Of a stretch of DNA of 64,000 bases, positions 40,471 through 50,547 are shown piece by piece (positions within the stretch are counted from its first letter, which is position 1; each line of letters starts with the position of its first letter). This stretch comes from Anaeromyxobacteraceae bacterium. Lineage in GTDB: Bacteria > Myxococcota > Myxococcia > Myxococcales > Anaeromyxobacteraceae. The DNA lies in the NCBI GenBank assembly GCA_032654565.1, contig JAULAX010000018.1, forward strand, positions 352,001 through 416,000, in the 5' to 3' direction. Position numbers and translations under genes: made by a program. Below the pieces are notes generated by a model, which saw only the letters and a program-made list of their open reading frames with translations, did not search any database and was not told where the DNA came from.

Positions 40471-42003
40471 ATGACCTCAAACCTCCGCGGGAAGATCCTC
40501 GCCCGGCTGCTCCTCGTCTCGGTCGGCCTGGCCGTGGTCGCCGGTGGGGCCGCCTACCTCCTCGAGCGCCGCGCCATCGACCAGCGCATCCTCGCGCTGG
40601 CCCTGGAGGAGTCGCGCGGCCTGGCCACCCACCTGGAGTTCCTCTCCGATCCGCGGCCGGCCGACTTCGAGCAGGCCCGGGCCGAGGTCACCGCCCACGT
40701 CCTCGCCGAGCACATCGCCGAGGGCCACTTCGTGGTCATCGAGATCTACGATCTCGAGCGGCGCAAGGTGATCGAGGCGACGAAGCCGGCCTTCGCCTCG
40801 GTGGTCAGGAAGGTGGACGCCGAGCACCACGCGCTCGTGCCGGGCGAGGAGCTGGTCCACACCTGGCTCACCATCGGCGCCGAGTCCTACGTCCAGGTGT
40901 TCGCCCCGCTCCGCTCGGGGGGGAAGACCCGGGCCTACTTCGAGGGGATCTTCCGGGTCGACCCGTCGGCCATGGAGCGGATGAACCGGGAGCTGTCCCT
41001 GGCGGTGCTGCTGGTGGTGATGGTGGTCTTCGCCACCGCGGCGGTCCTCTTCCCGCTCATGCTCCGCCTCAACGGCAGCCTGCTCCGGCTCTCCGACGAC
41101 CTGGCCTACGCCAACATGGGCATGCTCGCCGCCCTGGGGAGCGCCGTGGCCCGCCGCGACCGGGGCACCAACGCCCACAACTACCGGGTGACCATCTACG
41201 CCATCCACCTCGCCGAGGCGCTCGGGCTCTCGGTGGAGCAGGTCCAGGGGCTCATCAAGGGGGCCTTCCTCCACGACGTGGGGAAGATCGGCATCGCCGA
41301 CGCCATCCTCCGCAAGCCGGGGCGGCTCACCCCGGAGGAGACCACGGTGATGCGGGCCCACGTCCGCTACGGCGTGGAGATCGTGGGGAAGTTCGAGTGG
41401 CTGGCCGACGCGCTCGACGTGGTCCGCTGCCACCACGAGCGGGTCGACGGGAACGGCTACCCGGCCGGCCTCAAGGGGGACCAGATCCCCATCACCGCCA
41501 GGGTCTTCGCCGTGGTCGACGTCTTCGACGCGCTCACCACCCGGCGGCCCTACAAGGCCCCCGTCCCGCTCGAGGAGACCATGCGCAACCTCGAGGCCGG
41601 GCGGAACCTGAGCTTCGATCCCGTGGTGCTCGACCGCTTCGAGTCGCTGGCGCCGGAGCTCCACCGCTCCATCTGCGGCGCCGACGAGCGCCAGCTGGCG
41701 GCGATGCTGGACCGGAAGCTGGCCCACTACTTCCCGGCGCCAGCCGGTGCCACCGGCTCCCGGGGCCCGGTCGGCCTGGGGGAGGTGGCCAGGAGCGGGC
41801 GGGTGGGGGCCAACCCCAACCTCGACTACCTGACCGGCACCTGGACGCTGGAGCTCCCCATCCCGGGCGTGGAGGCGCCGGAGGAGCCCTTCCAGGAGCC
41901 GGATTCCTTCGAGGCCTATCCCTTCCAGGAGCCGGATCCCTTCAAGCCCGGCTCGAAGCCCGCCGCCTTCCGGGAGCCGGATCCCTTCAAGCCGGGCCGG
42001 TAG
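40471..42003 (+). CDS. Membrane-anchored HD-GYP phosphodiesterase (paralog 2)
   Basis: Same architecture as 35792-37243; LHDVGK and HHERVDGNGYP motifs. Confidence 0.92.
   Translation: MTSNLRGKILARLLLVSVGLAVVAGGAAYLLERRAIDQRILALALEESRGLATHLEFLSDPRPADFEQARAEVTAHVLAEHIAEGHFVVIEIYDLERRKVIEATKPAFASVVRKVDAEHHALVPGEELVHTWLTIGAESYVQVFAPLRSGGKTRAYFEGIFRVDPSAMERMNRELSLAVLLVVMVVFATAAVLFPLMLRLNGSLLRLSDDLAYANMGMLAALGSAVARRDRGTNAHNYRVTIYAIHLAEALGLSVEQVQGLIKGAFLHDVGKIGIADAILRKPGRLTPEETTVMRAHVRYGVEIVGKFEWLADALDVVRCHHERVDGNGYPAGLKGDQIPITARVFAVVDVFDALTTRRPYKAPVPLEETMRNLEAGRNLSFDPVVLDRFESLAPELHRSICGADERQLAAMLDRKLAHYFPAPAGATGSRGPVGLGEVARSGRVGANPNLDYLTGTWTLELPIPGVEAPEEPFQEPDSFEAYPFQEPDPFKPGSKPAAFREPDPFKPGR
41888..41993 (+). 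repeat. Three coding repeats CCTTCCRGGAGCCGGATYCCTTC encoding F(Q/R)EPD(S/P)F
   Basis: Copies start at 41888, 41921 and 41966. Confidence 0.85.
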
Positions 42004-42087
42004 CGCCGCGGCCCTGGGGAGGTCCCCCGGCGCCCTTGCGCCTGGCGCGCGCCGGGACGGATACTCGCCCCCTTCGAAGGAGCGCCC

Positions 42088-43092
42088 ATGAGCCTGCCCG
42101 TCAGCCCCATCCACGATCCGGTCGCCCACCCGGAGGCCGGCAGCGATCTCTCGCCCGCGGCCGTGGCCGAGCTGGTGGCCGAGATCCGCGCCCTGGCCAG
42201 GGCCCAGGACGCCGTCATCCTGGCCCACAACTACCAGCTCCCCGAGGTGCAGGAGGTGGCCGACCACGTCGGCGACTCGCTCCAGCTGGCCATCACCGGG
42301 CGCGAGGTCACGCAGTCGACCATCGTCTTCTGCGGCGTCCACTTCATGGCCGAGTCGGCCAAGGTGCTGGCCCCGGCCAAGCGGGTGCTGCTGCCCAACC
42401 TCTCGGCCGGCTGCTCGCTGGCCGACTCCATCACCGCCGAGTCGCTGGAGGACTGGAAGGCGCGCTACCCGGGCCACGCCGTGGTCACCTACGTCAACTC
42501 CACCGCCGAGGTGAAGGCGCTCAGCGACATCTGCTGCACCAGCGCCAACGCCGCCAGCGTGGTCCGCTCCCTGCCGCAGCAGAAGATCCTCTTCACCCCC
42601 GACAAGAACCTGGGGGCCTGGGTCAAGTCGAAGGTGCCGGAGAAGGAGATCGTGGTCTACGACGGCTGCTGCCCGGTGCACGACGTGCTGCGCAGCGCCA
42701 GCGTCAACAAGGTGAAGGGGGAGCGGCCGCGGGCGGTGATCATCGCCCACCCGGAGTGCCGCGCCGACGTGCTGGAGATCGCCGACGAGGTCTGCTCGAC
42801 GACCGCCATGCTCACCGCGGTGGGGCGCCACCCCGAGGCCCAGACCTTCATCGTCGCCACCGAGCACGGCATCGTCCACCAGATGAAGCAGCGGTGGCCG
42901 GGCAAGGAGTTCATCATCGCCGACGGCTGCATCGGCTGCCGCATGCACTGCCCGTACATGAAGATGGTCGACCTGATGATGATCCGCGACGCCCTGCAGC
43001 GAGGGAAGCACGAGATCACCGTGCCGCCGGACGTGGCCGACGGGGCCCGCCGCGCCCTGGAGCGGATGATCGCGGTGCCGCGCGACGCCTGA
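42088..43092 (+). CDS. nadA: Quinolinate synthase
   Basis: ILAHNYQ, FCGVHFMAESAK, AGCSLAD, YVNS, AHPEC and CPYMK motifs. Confidence 0.96.
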   Translation: MSLPVSPIHDPVAHPEAGSDLSPAAVAELVAEIRALARAQDAVILAHNYQLPEVQEVADHVGDSLQLAITGREVTQSTIVFCGVHFMAESAKVLAPAKRVLLPNLSAGCSLADSITAESLEDWKARYPGHAVVTYVNSTAEVKALSDICCTSANAASVVRSLPQQKILFTPDKNLGAWVKSKVPEKEIVVYDGCCPVHDVLRSASVNKVKGERPRAVIIAHPECRADVLEIADEVCSTTAMLTAVGRHPEAQTFIVATEHGIVHQMKQRWPGKEFIIADGCIGCRMHCPYMKMVDLMMIRDALQRGKHEITVPPDVADGARRALERMIAVPRDA

Positions 43093-43098
43093 ACGAAG

Positions 43099-43130
43099 CG
43101 GGCCCGGCCACCTCGCGGTGACCGGGCCCG
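43099..43130. terminator. Hairpin between convergent genes, candidate bidirectional terminator
   Basis: CGGGCCCGG-C-CACC-TCGC-GGTG-A-CCGGGCCCG. Confidence 0.65.
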
Positions 43131-43152
43131 GGTTGGGCAGGAGGCGGGGCGG

Positions 43153-45210
43153 CTACTTCTTCCCCGGCTTCAGCTCGTCGACGATCCGCTGGGCGCCGTA
43201 GATCTTCCGCAGCGCCTCGATGAGCGCGGTGCTCTCCACGGCCACGGTGCGGTTGGTGGCCTCGTCGAAGCCGAACTCGCCGCCCAGCGAGCGGATGTTC
43301 CCGTCGAACACCAGGCCGACCACCTCGCCGTCCTTGTTCACCAGGGGGGAGCCGGAGTTCCCGCCGATGATGTCGTTGGTGGTGACCACGTTGAACGGGG
43401 TCTTCAGGTCCAGCGTGGCCTTGGCGTCGAGCCAGGACTTCGGCAGCGCGAACGGGTCGCGGCCGGTGTGGCGCTCGAAGGCGCCGGCGAAGGTGGTGAC
43501 CGGGGCGACCATGGCCCCGGCCTCCATCCAGCCCTTGACCCGGCCGTAGGAGAGCCGGAGCGTGAAGGTGGCGTCCGGGTAGGTGGAGGTGCCGTAGACC
43601 GCGAAGCGGGCCTTGGCGATGATCTCGGCGTTGCGCTTCTGCACCGCCTCGATCTCGTCCTCCACCTTCTTGCGGATGGCGCGGCCGTCCCCGTCCACCT
43701 TGAGGGCCAGGGCCAGGAAGAGGTCCTCCTTGGCGGCCTCGGCCACCGCCGCCTGGCCTCCCTCCCAGAGCTGCTTGCGGAAGGCGACGTCCTTGAGCCT
43801 GGTCCCCTTCACCAGCCGGGTGGCCAGCTCCTCGGGCGACTCCGGGCCGAGCACCTTCTTCACGTACGGGTGGTCGGGGCCGAGCTTCTCGCGCATCTTG
43901 GTCAGCGACCAGGTGAGCGAGAAGATCTCGAACTCGTCGTAGATGGGGGCGGGGGAGAAGAGCCCCTGGGTCAGGGCCGGCAGCGAGGCGTCGCTGTACT
44001 CCGGGAGCCGCTGCTCGTTGGCCTTGGGGCGCTCCTCGCCGGCGCGGACCAGGCCGCGGGCGATGCGGAAGAGGCGGCCGGAGAAGGCGCCGCCGCCCTG
44101 GTAGGCGTAGGCCTTGGACTGGAGCTTGTACTCGGCGGTGGCCTTGGCCACGGCGTCGAAGGAGGCCAGGGCGCCGGCCCGGGCCGGGTCCCTGGCCAGC
44201 GCCGCCTTGAAGGCCTCCTCGGCCGCCACCTTGGTGGCGAAGAAGGCCTTGTCGCCGATGGCCTCCCAGCGGCCGCGCAGCGCCTTCAGGCCGTTCTCGA
44301 CGCCGAAGAGGGCCCCCTTGGAGTGGCGGGCCTGCTCGGCGCCGCGCCGGGCGTACTCGGTGAGGAGGCCGCGGAACTCGCTCATGTCGATGAGCCGCTC
44401 CGGCAGCGCGGTGTCGCGCTGGTACTCCAGCTCGGCCACGGTGAGGAGCCGCTGGGTGCCGCCGGGGTGGCCGGAGACGAAGGTGAGGTCGCCGTCCCTG
44501 GCCCCGGCGGCCGACCACGCGAGGTAGTGCGGGGTGGGGGCCGGGGCGTCCTTCTCGTAGACCCGCACGAAGCTGACGTCGAGGTCGTAGCGGGGGAACA
44601 TGAAGTTGTCGGGGTCGCCGCCGAAGAAGGCGATCGACTCCTCGGGGGCCATCACCAGCCGCACGTCCTGGTAGCGCTTGTAGGTGTAGAGGTCGTAGCG
44701 GCCGCCCTGGTAGAGGGTGACCACGTCGCAGCGGAGCGAGGGGTCGGTCTGGCACTCCTTGGTGATGCGGGCCATCTCGCCGCGCTGGGCGTCGTTGAAG
44801 GCCTTTCCCTCCAGGCCGCCGGTCGCCTTGCCGAGCCGGGCGGTGACGTCCTCGATGCGGACGAGCTGGTTCAGCTCCAGGGCCGGGCACTTCAGCTCGG
44901 CGGCCTGCGTCCTGGCGAGGAAGCCGTCGGCGATGAAGTCCTTCCCCGGCCCGGAGAGCTGCTCGATGCAGCCGCGGGCGCAGTGGTGGTTGGTCATCAC
45001 CAGGCCGCGGCTGGAGACGAAGCTGGCCGAGCAGCCCTGGGCCAGGCGCGCCGAGGAGAGCCGGACGTGGTCGAGCCAGGCGTCGGTGACCTTCACGCCG
45101 TAGGCCTTCTCGACCTTGTCCTTGGGGAAGTTGTTGAAGGTCCACATCCCCTCGTCGGCGCCGGCCAGCGCCGGGGCGACGAGGAGGGTGACGAGCAGCA
45201 GTCGCTTCAT
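43153..45210 (-). CDS. S46 family dipeptidyl peptidase (DPP7/DPP11-like)
   Basis: Signal peptide; DEGMW, TNHHC, DATFTLRLSYG and DIIGGNSGSP motifs. Confidence 0.95.
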   Translation of the reverse strand: MKRLLLVTLLVAPALAGADEGMWTFNNFPKDKVEKAYGVKVTDAWLDHVRLSSARLAQGCSASFVSSRGLVMTNHHCARGCIEQLSGPGKDFIADGFLARTQAAELKCPALELNQLVRIEDVTARLGKATGGLEGKAFNDAQRGEMARITKECQTDPSLRCDVVTLYQGGRYDLYTYKRYQDVRLVMAPEESIAFFGGDPDNFMFPRYDLDVSFVRVYEKDAPAPTPHYLAWSAAGARDGDLTFVSGHPGGTQRLLTVAELEYQRDTALPERLIDMSEFRGLLTEYARRGAEQARHSKGALFGVENGLKALRGRWEAIGDKAFFATKVAAEEAFKAALARDPARAGALASFDAVAKATAEYKLQSKAYAYQGGGAFSGRLFRIARGLVRAGEERPKANEQRLPEYSDASLPALTQGLFSPAPIYDEFEIFSLTWSLTKMREKLGPDHPYVKKVLGPESPEELATRLVKGTRLKDVAFRKQLWEGGQAAVAEAAKEDLFLALALKVDGDGRAIRKKVEDEIEAVQKRNAEIIAKARFAVYGTSTYPDATFTLRLSYGRVKGWMEAGAMVAPVTTFAGAFERHTGRDPFALPKSWLDAKATLDLKTPFNVVTTNDIIGGNSGSPLVNKDGEVVGLVFDGNIRSLGGEFGFDEATNRTVAVESTALIEALRKIYGAQRIVDELKPGKK

Positions 45211-45370
45211 GTCGGTGGTTCTCCGGTGGAATGACCAGGCGGGACCCGCCGTGGCGGGTCTGGTGGTTCGATGGAAAACAGAGGCGGGGCGGGCCGTTTC
45301 GTGACGCCCGGAGAGGGAACTTCGCCGCCGGCTCGCCCCGGACCCCGGGGTGGGTTAAAATCCCCGGTCC

Positions 45371-47068
45371 ATGAACCGCAACCGGCTCAAGCTCTGGCTT
45401 TACATGCTCCTTTTCGCCGTCGCGGGGGCGGCCAACCTCTTCGGGCTCACCGGCGACCTGGCGGTGCGGGCGCTGCGGGGGGCCGACGATACCCTCCAGG
45501 TCGGCGCCTCCCACCTGCGCGACGCCGAGCGGTTGATGGCCAGCGAGGCGGCGGCCGTCACCGGGTTGGCGGTCAAGAACGCCAGCTTGCTCGAGACCCT
45601 CTTCGCCACCCCGCCGCGGTCCGACCCCGGCGGCAAGAAGAAGGGCAAGGCCACGCCGCCTCGCGAGGAGGGGGCCGACGGCGAGGCCCGCTGGGCCGCC
45701 AACGAGGCGGCGGCCAAGGTGGCGATCGAGGAGGCGGCCACCCGGCTCGGCATCACCCTGCCGCCCAACGCCTTCTGGGCGGTGGCCAACCAGGAGTGGC
45801 TGCGCAAGAAGATGCCGGCCGCCCTGCAGGATCCCCAGCGCAAGGAGGAGGCCGCCTTCCTGCGCGACGCCGCCACCGGGACCCCCCGGCGCGGCTACGT
45901 GCGGGTCAACGACGGGCTCTGGTACGGCGTCGGCTACCCGGCCGGAGAGGGGGCGGCGCTGGTGCTCTTCATGCCGCTCGACCTGCGCTGGGCCACCACC
46001 ATGGCCGCCTCCAGCGGGGTCGACGTCACCCTCGACGTCGGCACCCCGCAGCTGGTGACCACCACCCAGCCCGACCTGGCCCGGCGGCTGGCGAAGAGCG
46101 CCACCGCCGCGCCCAAGGTCCCGGTCAGCGAGGGGACGGCGCCGCCGGTGCTGCTGGAGCAGCCCTTCAAGATCCGCGTGCCGGTGCTCTTCGTGAAGGC
46201 GCCGGCGGCGCGGGCGCTGGCCGTGCCGCTCTCCGGCCTGGCCAAGGGCTACCTGGTCCTCTCCGTCCCCACCGTCGGCTACTTCAGCGACCTGGCGCGC
46301 TACCAGTGGACGCTGATCACCATCCTCTCGGCGCTGCTGGTGGTCGGGCTGCTGCTCGGCGTGCTGGTCAAGACCGACGTGCTGCCGGTGGTGCCGGCCT
46401 CGCTGGTGGCGGCCGCCAGCAAGATCGAGCGGGGCGACTACTCGGCCCGGGCCCCGGAGTTCCTCGGCGCCCTCGGCACCGTCGCCGGCGCGCTCAACAA
46501 GGCTGCGGCCGCCGCCGAGGCGGGGGCGGTCCGGCTCACCAGCGGAGACCCCTTCTCGGCCGACGCCGGGGCGCAGAAGTTCAACCTGCCGGCCGAGCCG
46601 AGCTTCACCTTCCCGGCGCCGGCCCCGGCCCCTGCGGCCAGCGCCGCCGGGACGGCCGAGGTTCGCGACGGCGGCGCCAAGCCTCCCGCCGGGACCGGCT
46701 TCTCCATCTCGGCGCTGGAGGCCGAGCCGCAGCCCATCCCTCCCCCCCCGGCGCCTCCCCCGGCGCCCGCGCTCGCGCCGCCTCCCGCCGCGCCGCGTCC
46801 CACCGCCACCTCCCTGTTCCAGGCGGTCACCCCCCCGGCCGCGGTCGAGGAGAGCGACGAGGATCACTGGCACAGCATCCACACCGAGTTCCTGCGGGTC
46901 CGGGCCGAGTGCGGCGAGCCGGTCGACGGGCTGGGCTACGAGCGGTTCCGCCCCAAGCTGGAGAAGAACAAGCAGCAGCTGGTCGAGAAGCACGGCTGCC
47001 GGACCGTCCGCTTCAGCGTCTACGTGAAGGACGGCAAGGCGGCGCTGCGGGCCACCCCGGTCAAATAG
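45371..47068 (+). CDS. MXAN_5187-family membrane protein (periplasmic domain, HAMP-like segment, Pro-rich linker, conserved C-terminal domain)
   Basis: C-terminal F..KL.KN...L..K.GC..VRF.VYVKDGKAALRATP. Confidence 0.75.
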   Translation: MNRNRLKLWLYMLLFAVAGAANLFGLTGDLAVRALRGADDTLQVGASHLRDAERLMASEAAAVTGLAVKNASLLETLFATPPRSDPGGKKKGKATPPREEGADGEARWAANEAAAKVAIEEAATRLGITLPPNAFWAVANQEWLRKKMPAALQDPQRKEEAAFLRDAATGTPRRGYVRVNDGLWYGVGYPAGEGAALVLFMPLDLRWATTMAASSGVDVTLDVGTPQLVTTTQPDLARRLAKSATAAPKVPVSEGTAPPVLLEQPFKIRVPVLFVKAPAARALAVPLSGLAKGYLVLSVPTVGYFSDLARYQWTLITILSALLVVGLLLGVLVKTDVLPVVPASLVAAASKIERGDYSARAPEFLGALGTVAGALNKAAAAAEAGAVRLTSGDPFSADAGAQKFNLPAEPSFTFPAPAPAPAASAAGTAEVRDGGAKPPAGTGFSISALEAEPQPIPPPPAPPPAPALAPPPAAPRPTATSLFQAVTPPAAVEESDEDHWHSIHTEFLRVRAECGEPVDGLGYERFRPKLEKNKQQLVEKHGCRTVRFSVYVKDGKAALRATPVK

Positions 47069-47099
47069 GCCGAGGCGGAGGAGGAGCGCTCCGGGTCCT

Positions 47100-49721
47100 C
47101 TAGCGGTCGTCGAGGAAGAAGTTCTGCGGCGGGCTGACCGGCCTGGAGCTCACCGCCTCGGTCGGCGCCGTGCCGGCCACGAACGACATGGGCGGCTCCT
47201 CCGGCTGCCCCGGCTTCGGCTCGGCCGCCAGCAGGCCGGTGGCCGGGTCGATGCGGGCCAGCTGGACCCCCTCCGGCGCCAGGAACTCCATGGCCGGACG
47301 ATCGCCCAGGGCCCCGGTCATGAAGGCCAGCCAGGCGGGCAGCGCCGCGCCGCCGCCGGTCTCGCGGGGGCCGAGCGGGCCGTGGTCGTCGAAGCCGACC
47401 CAGACGCCGGCCACCAGCTCCGGCGTGTAGCCGACGAACCAGGCGTCGCGGTGCTCCTGGGCGGTGCCGGTCTTGGCGGCGGCCGGGCGGCCCAGCGCCT
47501 TGGCGCCGACGCCGGTGCCGTGCTCGACGACGGCGCGGAGCATGTCGGTGAGCACGAAGGCCACCTCGGGGCGTGTGCCGGTGGCCGGGATGGTGAAGTC
47601 GGGCGGCGGCGGGGCGTCGCCGCCGGGCCCCGCCGGGGGAGACGGGGCGTCGGTCGTGGCGGCGGCCACCGGCGTTCCCTCCGGGCGGACGGGCTCGGAC
47701 GGGGAGGGGGGCGGCGCCGGGGGCTCGGTGGACGGCGGCCAGGTCTCCAGGACGTTGCCGTCACGGTCGGCCACCTCCAGCACGAAGGCGGGCGGCTGGA
47801 AGCGCCCCTGGGCGGCGATGCTGGTGTAGGCATTGGTCAGCTCAAGCGGCGTCACCTCGCCGGTGCCGAGCGCCAGGGTCAGGTTGCGCGGCAGGTCGCT
47901 GTCGATCCCCATGCGCCGGGCGAAGGCGATCACCGCGTCCGGACCCAGCGCGTCGGTCAGCTTCACCGACACGGTGTTCTTGGAGTGGGCCAGCGCGCTC
48001 TTCAGCAGCATGGGGCCGTCGAACTGGTCGCGCTCGAAGTTGCGCGGCTTCCACTCCTTGCCGGTCCAGGGGTCGCGGTAGAGGTCGGGGGTGTCGTAGA
48101 CCAGCGTGGCCGGCGTGAAGCGGCGCGACTCGATGGCCGCGCCCCAGACGAAGGCCTTGAACGAGCTGCCGGGCTGGCGCCTGGCCTGGGTGGCCCGGTT
48201 GAACTGGGAGCGCAGGGCGCCGGCGCCGCCCACCAGGGCCCGCACCTGGCGCGAGGTCGGGTCGATGGCCACCAGCGCCCCCTGCACCCTGGGGCGCTGC
48301 TCCAGGGAGAGGGCCAGCGCCTTCCCGGCGCGCGCCGCCACCTCCGGCGGCCGGCCCGCGGGCAGCACCCTCGCCAGCACCACGTCGCCCGGCGCCAGCA
48401 CCTGGCGGGCGTTGCGCGGCGCCGCGGTGCCGCCCTGCGGGTTCCACTTGCGGGCCCAGCCGAGGTCGGAGAAGGGGATGGCGCCGGTGACGCCGCCCAG
48501 GTCGAGCGTGGCCTTCCGGTCGTCGACGGCGGTGACCAGCGCCGCGTAGACGCCGTCGGCCTGGAGCGGCCGGAGCCTGATCATCTTGCGCAGGTCGGCG
48601 GCGGCCGGATCGGCGTCCGGGTCGAGCTCCTCGGGGTCCACCGAGGCCAGGTCCCAGACCAGCAGCGGCCCGCCGCGCCCGGAGGCCGCGGCCAGCCGCT
48701 CGCGCCAGGCGGGGAGGGCGGTGGCCAGCTGCTCGGCGGTGAGCGTGAGCAACGGCCCGCGCCACCCCTGGCGCCGATCCACCAGCCGCAGGTCGGCCTC
48801 CAGCGACGCCTCGCCGAGGCGCTGCAGGGCGGGGTCCATGGCCACCTTGACCACCAGCCCGTCGGTCTCGACCCGGTCGACGCCGTAGCGGGCGTCGAGG
48901 TAGCGGCGGACCACGTCGGCGTACGAGGCGCCGGAGGGCTCCGGCGCCGGGGGGGCCACGGTGATGGGGCGGGCCACCTCGGCGGCGGCCTGCGCGGCGG
49001 TGATGAAGCCGTCCTCGGCCATCCGCTTCAGCACGTAGGCCTGCCGGGCCTTGGCGGCCTGGGGGTGGGCCACCGGGGAGAGGCGGGCCGGTGACTGGAT
49101 GGTCCCGGCCAGCGCCGCTGCCTCGCCCAGCGTCAGCGCGGCGACCGGCTTCCCGAAGTAGTACCGGCTGGCCTCCTCGACCCCGTAGCGCCGGTGCCCG
49201 AGGTAGATCTGGTTCAGGTAGAGCCAGAGGATCTCGTCCTTCTGCAGGTTCTGCTCCAGCCGCGGCGCCAGCACCAGCTCCTTCACCTTGCGCTTGTACC
49301 GCCAGTCATTGGAGAGCAGGAAGGTCTTCACCACCTGCTGGGTGATGGTGGAGCCGCCGCAGCGCATCCGGCCGCCCAGCACGCCGCGCACCACGCAGCG
49401 GAACATCGCCAGGTAGTTGATCCCCTCGTGCTGGTAGAAGCGGGCATCCTCGGCGGAGATCACCGCCTGCTTGAGCACCAGCGGGATCTGCTCGATGGGG
49501 ACCACGGTGCGCCGCTCGCGGGCGAAGGAGAACACCTCGCTGCCGTCGCTCCCCAGCGCCCGGGTGGCCACCAGGGGGCGGTAGTCCTTGAGGGTGTCGA
49601 AGGCCGGCAGCTCGCGGGTCCAGAGCCAGAAGACCAGCGCCCCCACGGCGGCGCCCAGCCCGGCCAGCGCGGCCAGCGCGAGGGCGACACGTCGGAGGGT
49701 GCGGCGGCGGGTCCAGGACAC
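47100..49721 (-). CDS. mrcA: Penicillin-binding protein 1A (transglycosylase/transpeptidase)
   Basis: EDARFYQH, GGSTITQQ, RQPGSSFK, SKN and KTGT motifs. Confidence 0.93.
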   Translation of the reverse strand: MSWTRRRTLRRVALALAALAGLGAAVGALVFWLWTRELPAFDTLKDYRPLVATRALGSDGSEVFSFARERRTVVPIEQIPLVLKQAVISAEDARFYQHEGINYLAMFRCVVRGVLGGRMRCGGSTITQQVVKTFLLSNDWRYKRKVKELVLAPRLEQNLQKDEILWLYLNQIYLGHRRYGVEEASRYYFGKPVAALTLGEAAALAGTIQSPARLSPVAHPQAAKARQAYVLKRMAEDGFITAAQAAAEVARPITVAPPAPEPSGASYADVVRRYLDARYGVDRVETDGLVVKVAMDPALQRLGEASLEADLRLVDRRQGWRGPLLTLTAEQLATALPAWRERLAAASGRGGPLLVWDLASVDPEELDPDADPAAADLRKMIRLRPLQADGVYAALVTAVDDRKATLDLGGVTGAIPFSDLGWARKWNPQGGTAAPRNARQVLAPGDVVLARVLPAGRPPEVAARAGKALALSLEQRPRVQGALVAIDPTSRQVRALVGGAGALRSQFNRATQARRQPGSSFKAFVWGAAIESRRFTPATLVYDTPDLYRDPWTGKEWKPRNFERDQFDGPMLLKSALAHSKNTVSVKLTDALGPDAVIAFARRMGIDSDLPRNLTLALGTGEVTPLELTNAYTSIAAQGRFQPPAFVLEVADRDGNVLETWPPSTEPPAPPPSPSEPVRPEGTPVAAATTDAPSPPAGPGGDAPPPPDFTIPATGTRPEVAFVLTDMLRAVVEHGTGVGAKALGRPAAAKTGTAQEHRDAWFVGYTPELVAGVWVGFDDHGPLGPRETGGGAALPAWLAFMTGALGDRPAMEFLAPEGVQLARIDPATGLLAAEPKPGQPEEPPMSFVAGTAPTEAVSSRPVSPPQNFFLDDR

Positions 49722-49884
49722 GATGGGGCGGCACCATAGCGCCGGGGCGGGAGGTGCTCAACGTTTCCCCGGCTCCAGGAGTGAAGGGTCGAGGGGCGGC
49801 AGAAATTCCCCTGTCGCGCGTTGCTTTGGAGGAAGATGCGGGGGCTTCATCCACCCGCCCCACCGCCCCCTGGGAGGTCTCTCC

Positions 49885-50547
49885 ATGCGTCGCGCCTCGA
49901 TCTTCGCCGCCCTCTGCTTCGTCGCCGCCCTCACCGGCTGCCCCTCGCCTCCCAAGAACGGGGAGTGCAAGTCGTCCAAGGATTGCGAGGCCCAGGCCGG
50001 GTTCGGCAAGATCTGCGTCTCTGGCCAGTGCGCCGAGTGCGCCGCCGACGCCGACTGCAAGGACGGCTTCACCTGCAAGGCGAACCGGTGCGAGCCCAAG
50101 CCCGCCCCGGTGGCCGCCGCGCCCAAGCCGGAGTGCGTCGCCGACGGCGAGTGCGGCAGCGGCAAGGGCTGCCAGGCCGGCAAGTGCGTCAGCACCATCG
50201 ACCCCTCCTGCGCCGACGCCGCCGCCTTCACCGTCCGCTTCGGCTTCGACCAGTCGACCGTCGCCGGGGACGCCACCGCGTCGCTGCAGAAGCTGGCCGC
50301 ATGCCTGGCCAAGGCGCCGGCCCGCCGGGTGCAGGTCGAGGGGCACGCCGACGACCGCGGCACCACCCAGTACAACATGGCCCTGGGGAAGCGCCGGGCC
50401 GAGTCGGTGAAGAAGTACCTGGGCGACCTCGGCGTCGCCGGCGCCGTCGACACCACCACCTACGGCAAGGAGCAGCCGCTCTGCCGCGAGCCCACCGAGG
50501 CCTGCTGGGCCCGCAACCGGCGCGCCGAGTTCAGGGTCGAGCGCTGA
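49885..50547 (+). CDS. pal: Pal/OmpA-domain lipoprotein with N-terminal Cys-rich repeats
   Basis: Lipobox LTGC; EGHADDRG..YNMALG.RRA and NRRAEF motifs; GGAGG RBS. Confidence 0.8.
   Translation: MRRASIFAALCFVAALTGCPSPPKNGECKSSKDCEAQAGFGKICVSGQCAECAADADCKDGFTCKANRCEPKPAPVAAAPKPECVADGECGSGKGCQAGKCVSTIDPSCADAAAFTVRFGFDQSTVAGDATASLQKLAACLAKAPARRVQVEGHADDRGTTQYNMALGKRRAESVKKYLGDLGVAGAVDTTTYGKEQPLCREPTEACWARNRRAEFRVER

Noticed and set aside
43016..46993. Very long alternative-frame ORFs (e.g. 1325 aa here, 1201 aa at 57212-60817, 1115 aa at 57978-61325, 1002 aa at 40113-43121)
   Set aside because: Arg/Gly/Pro-rich shadow ORFs expected in high-GC DNA; they overlap well-supported genes
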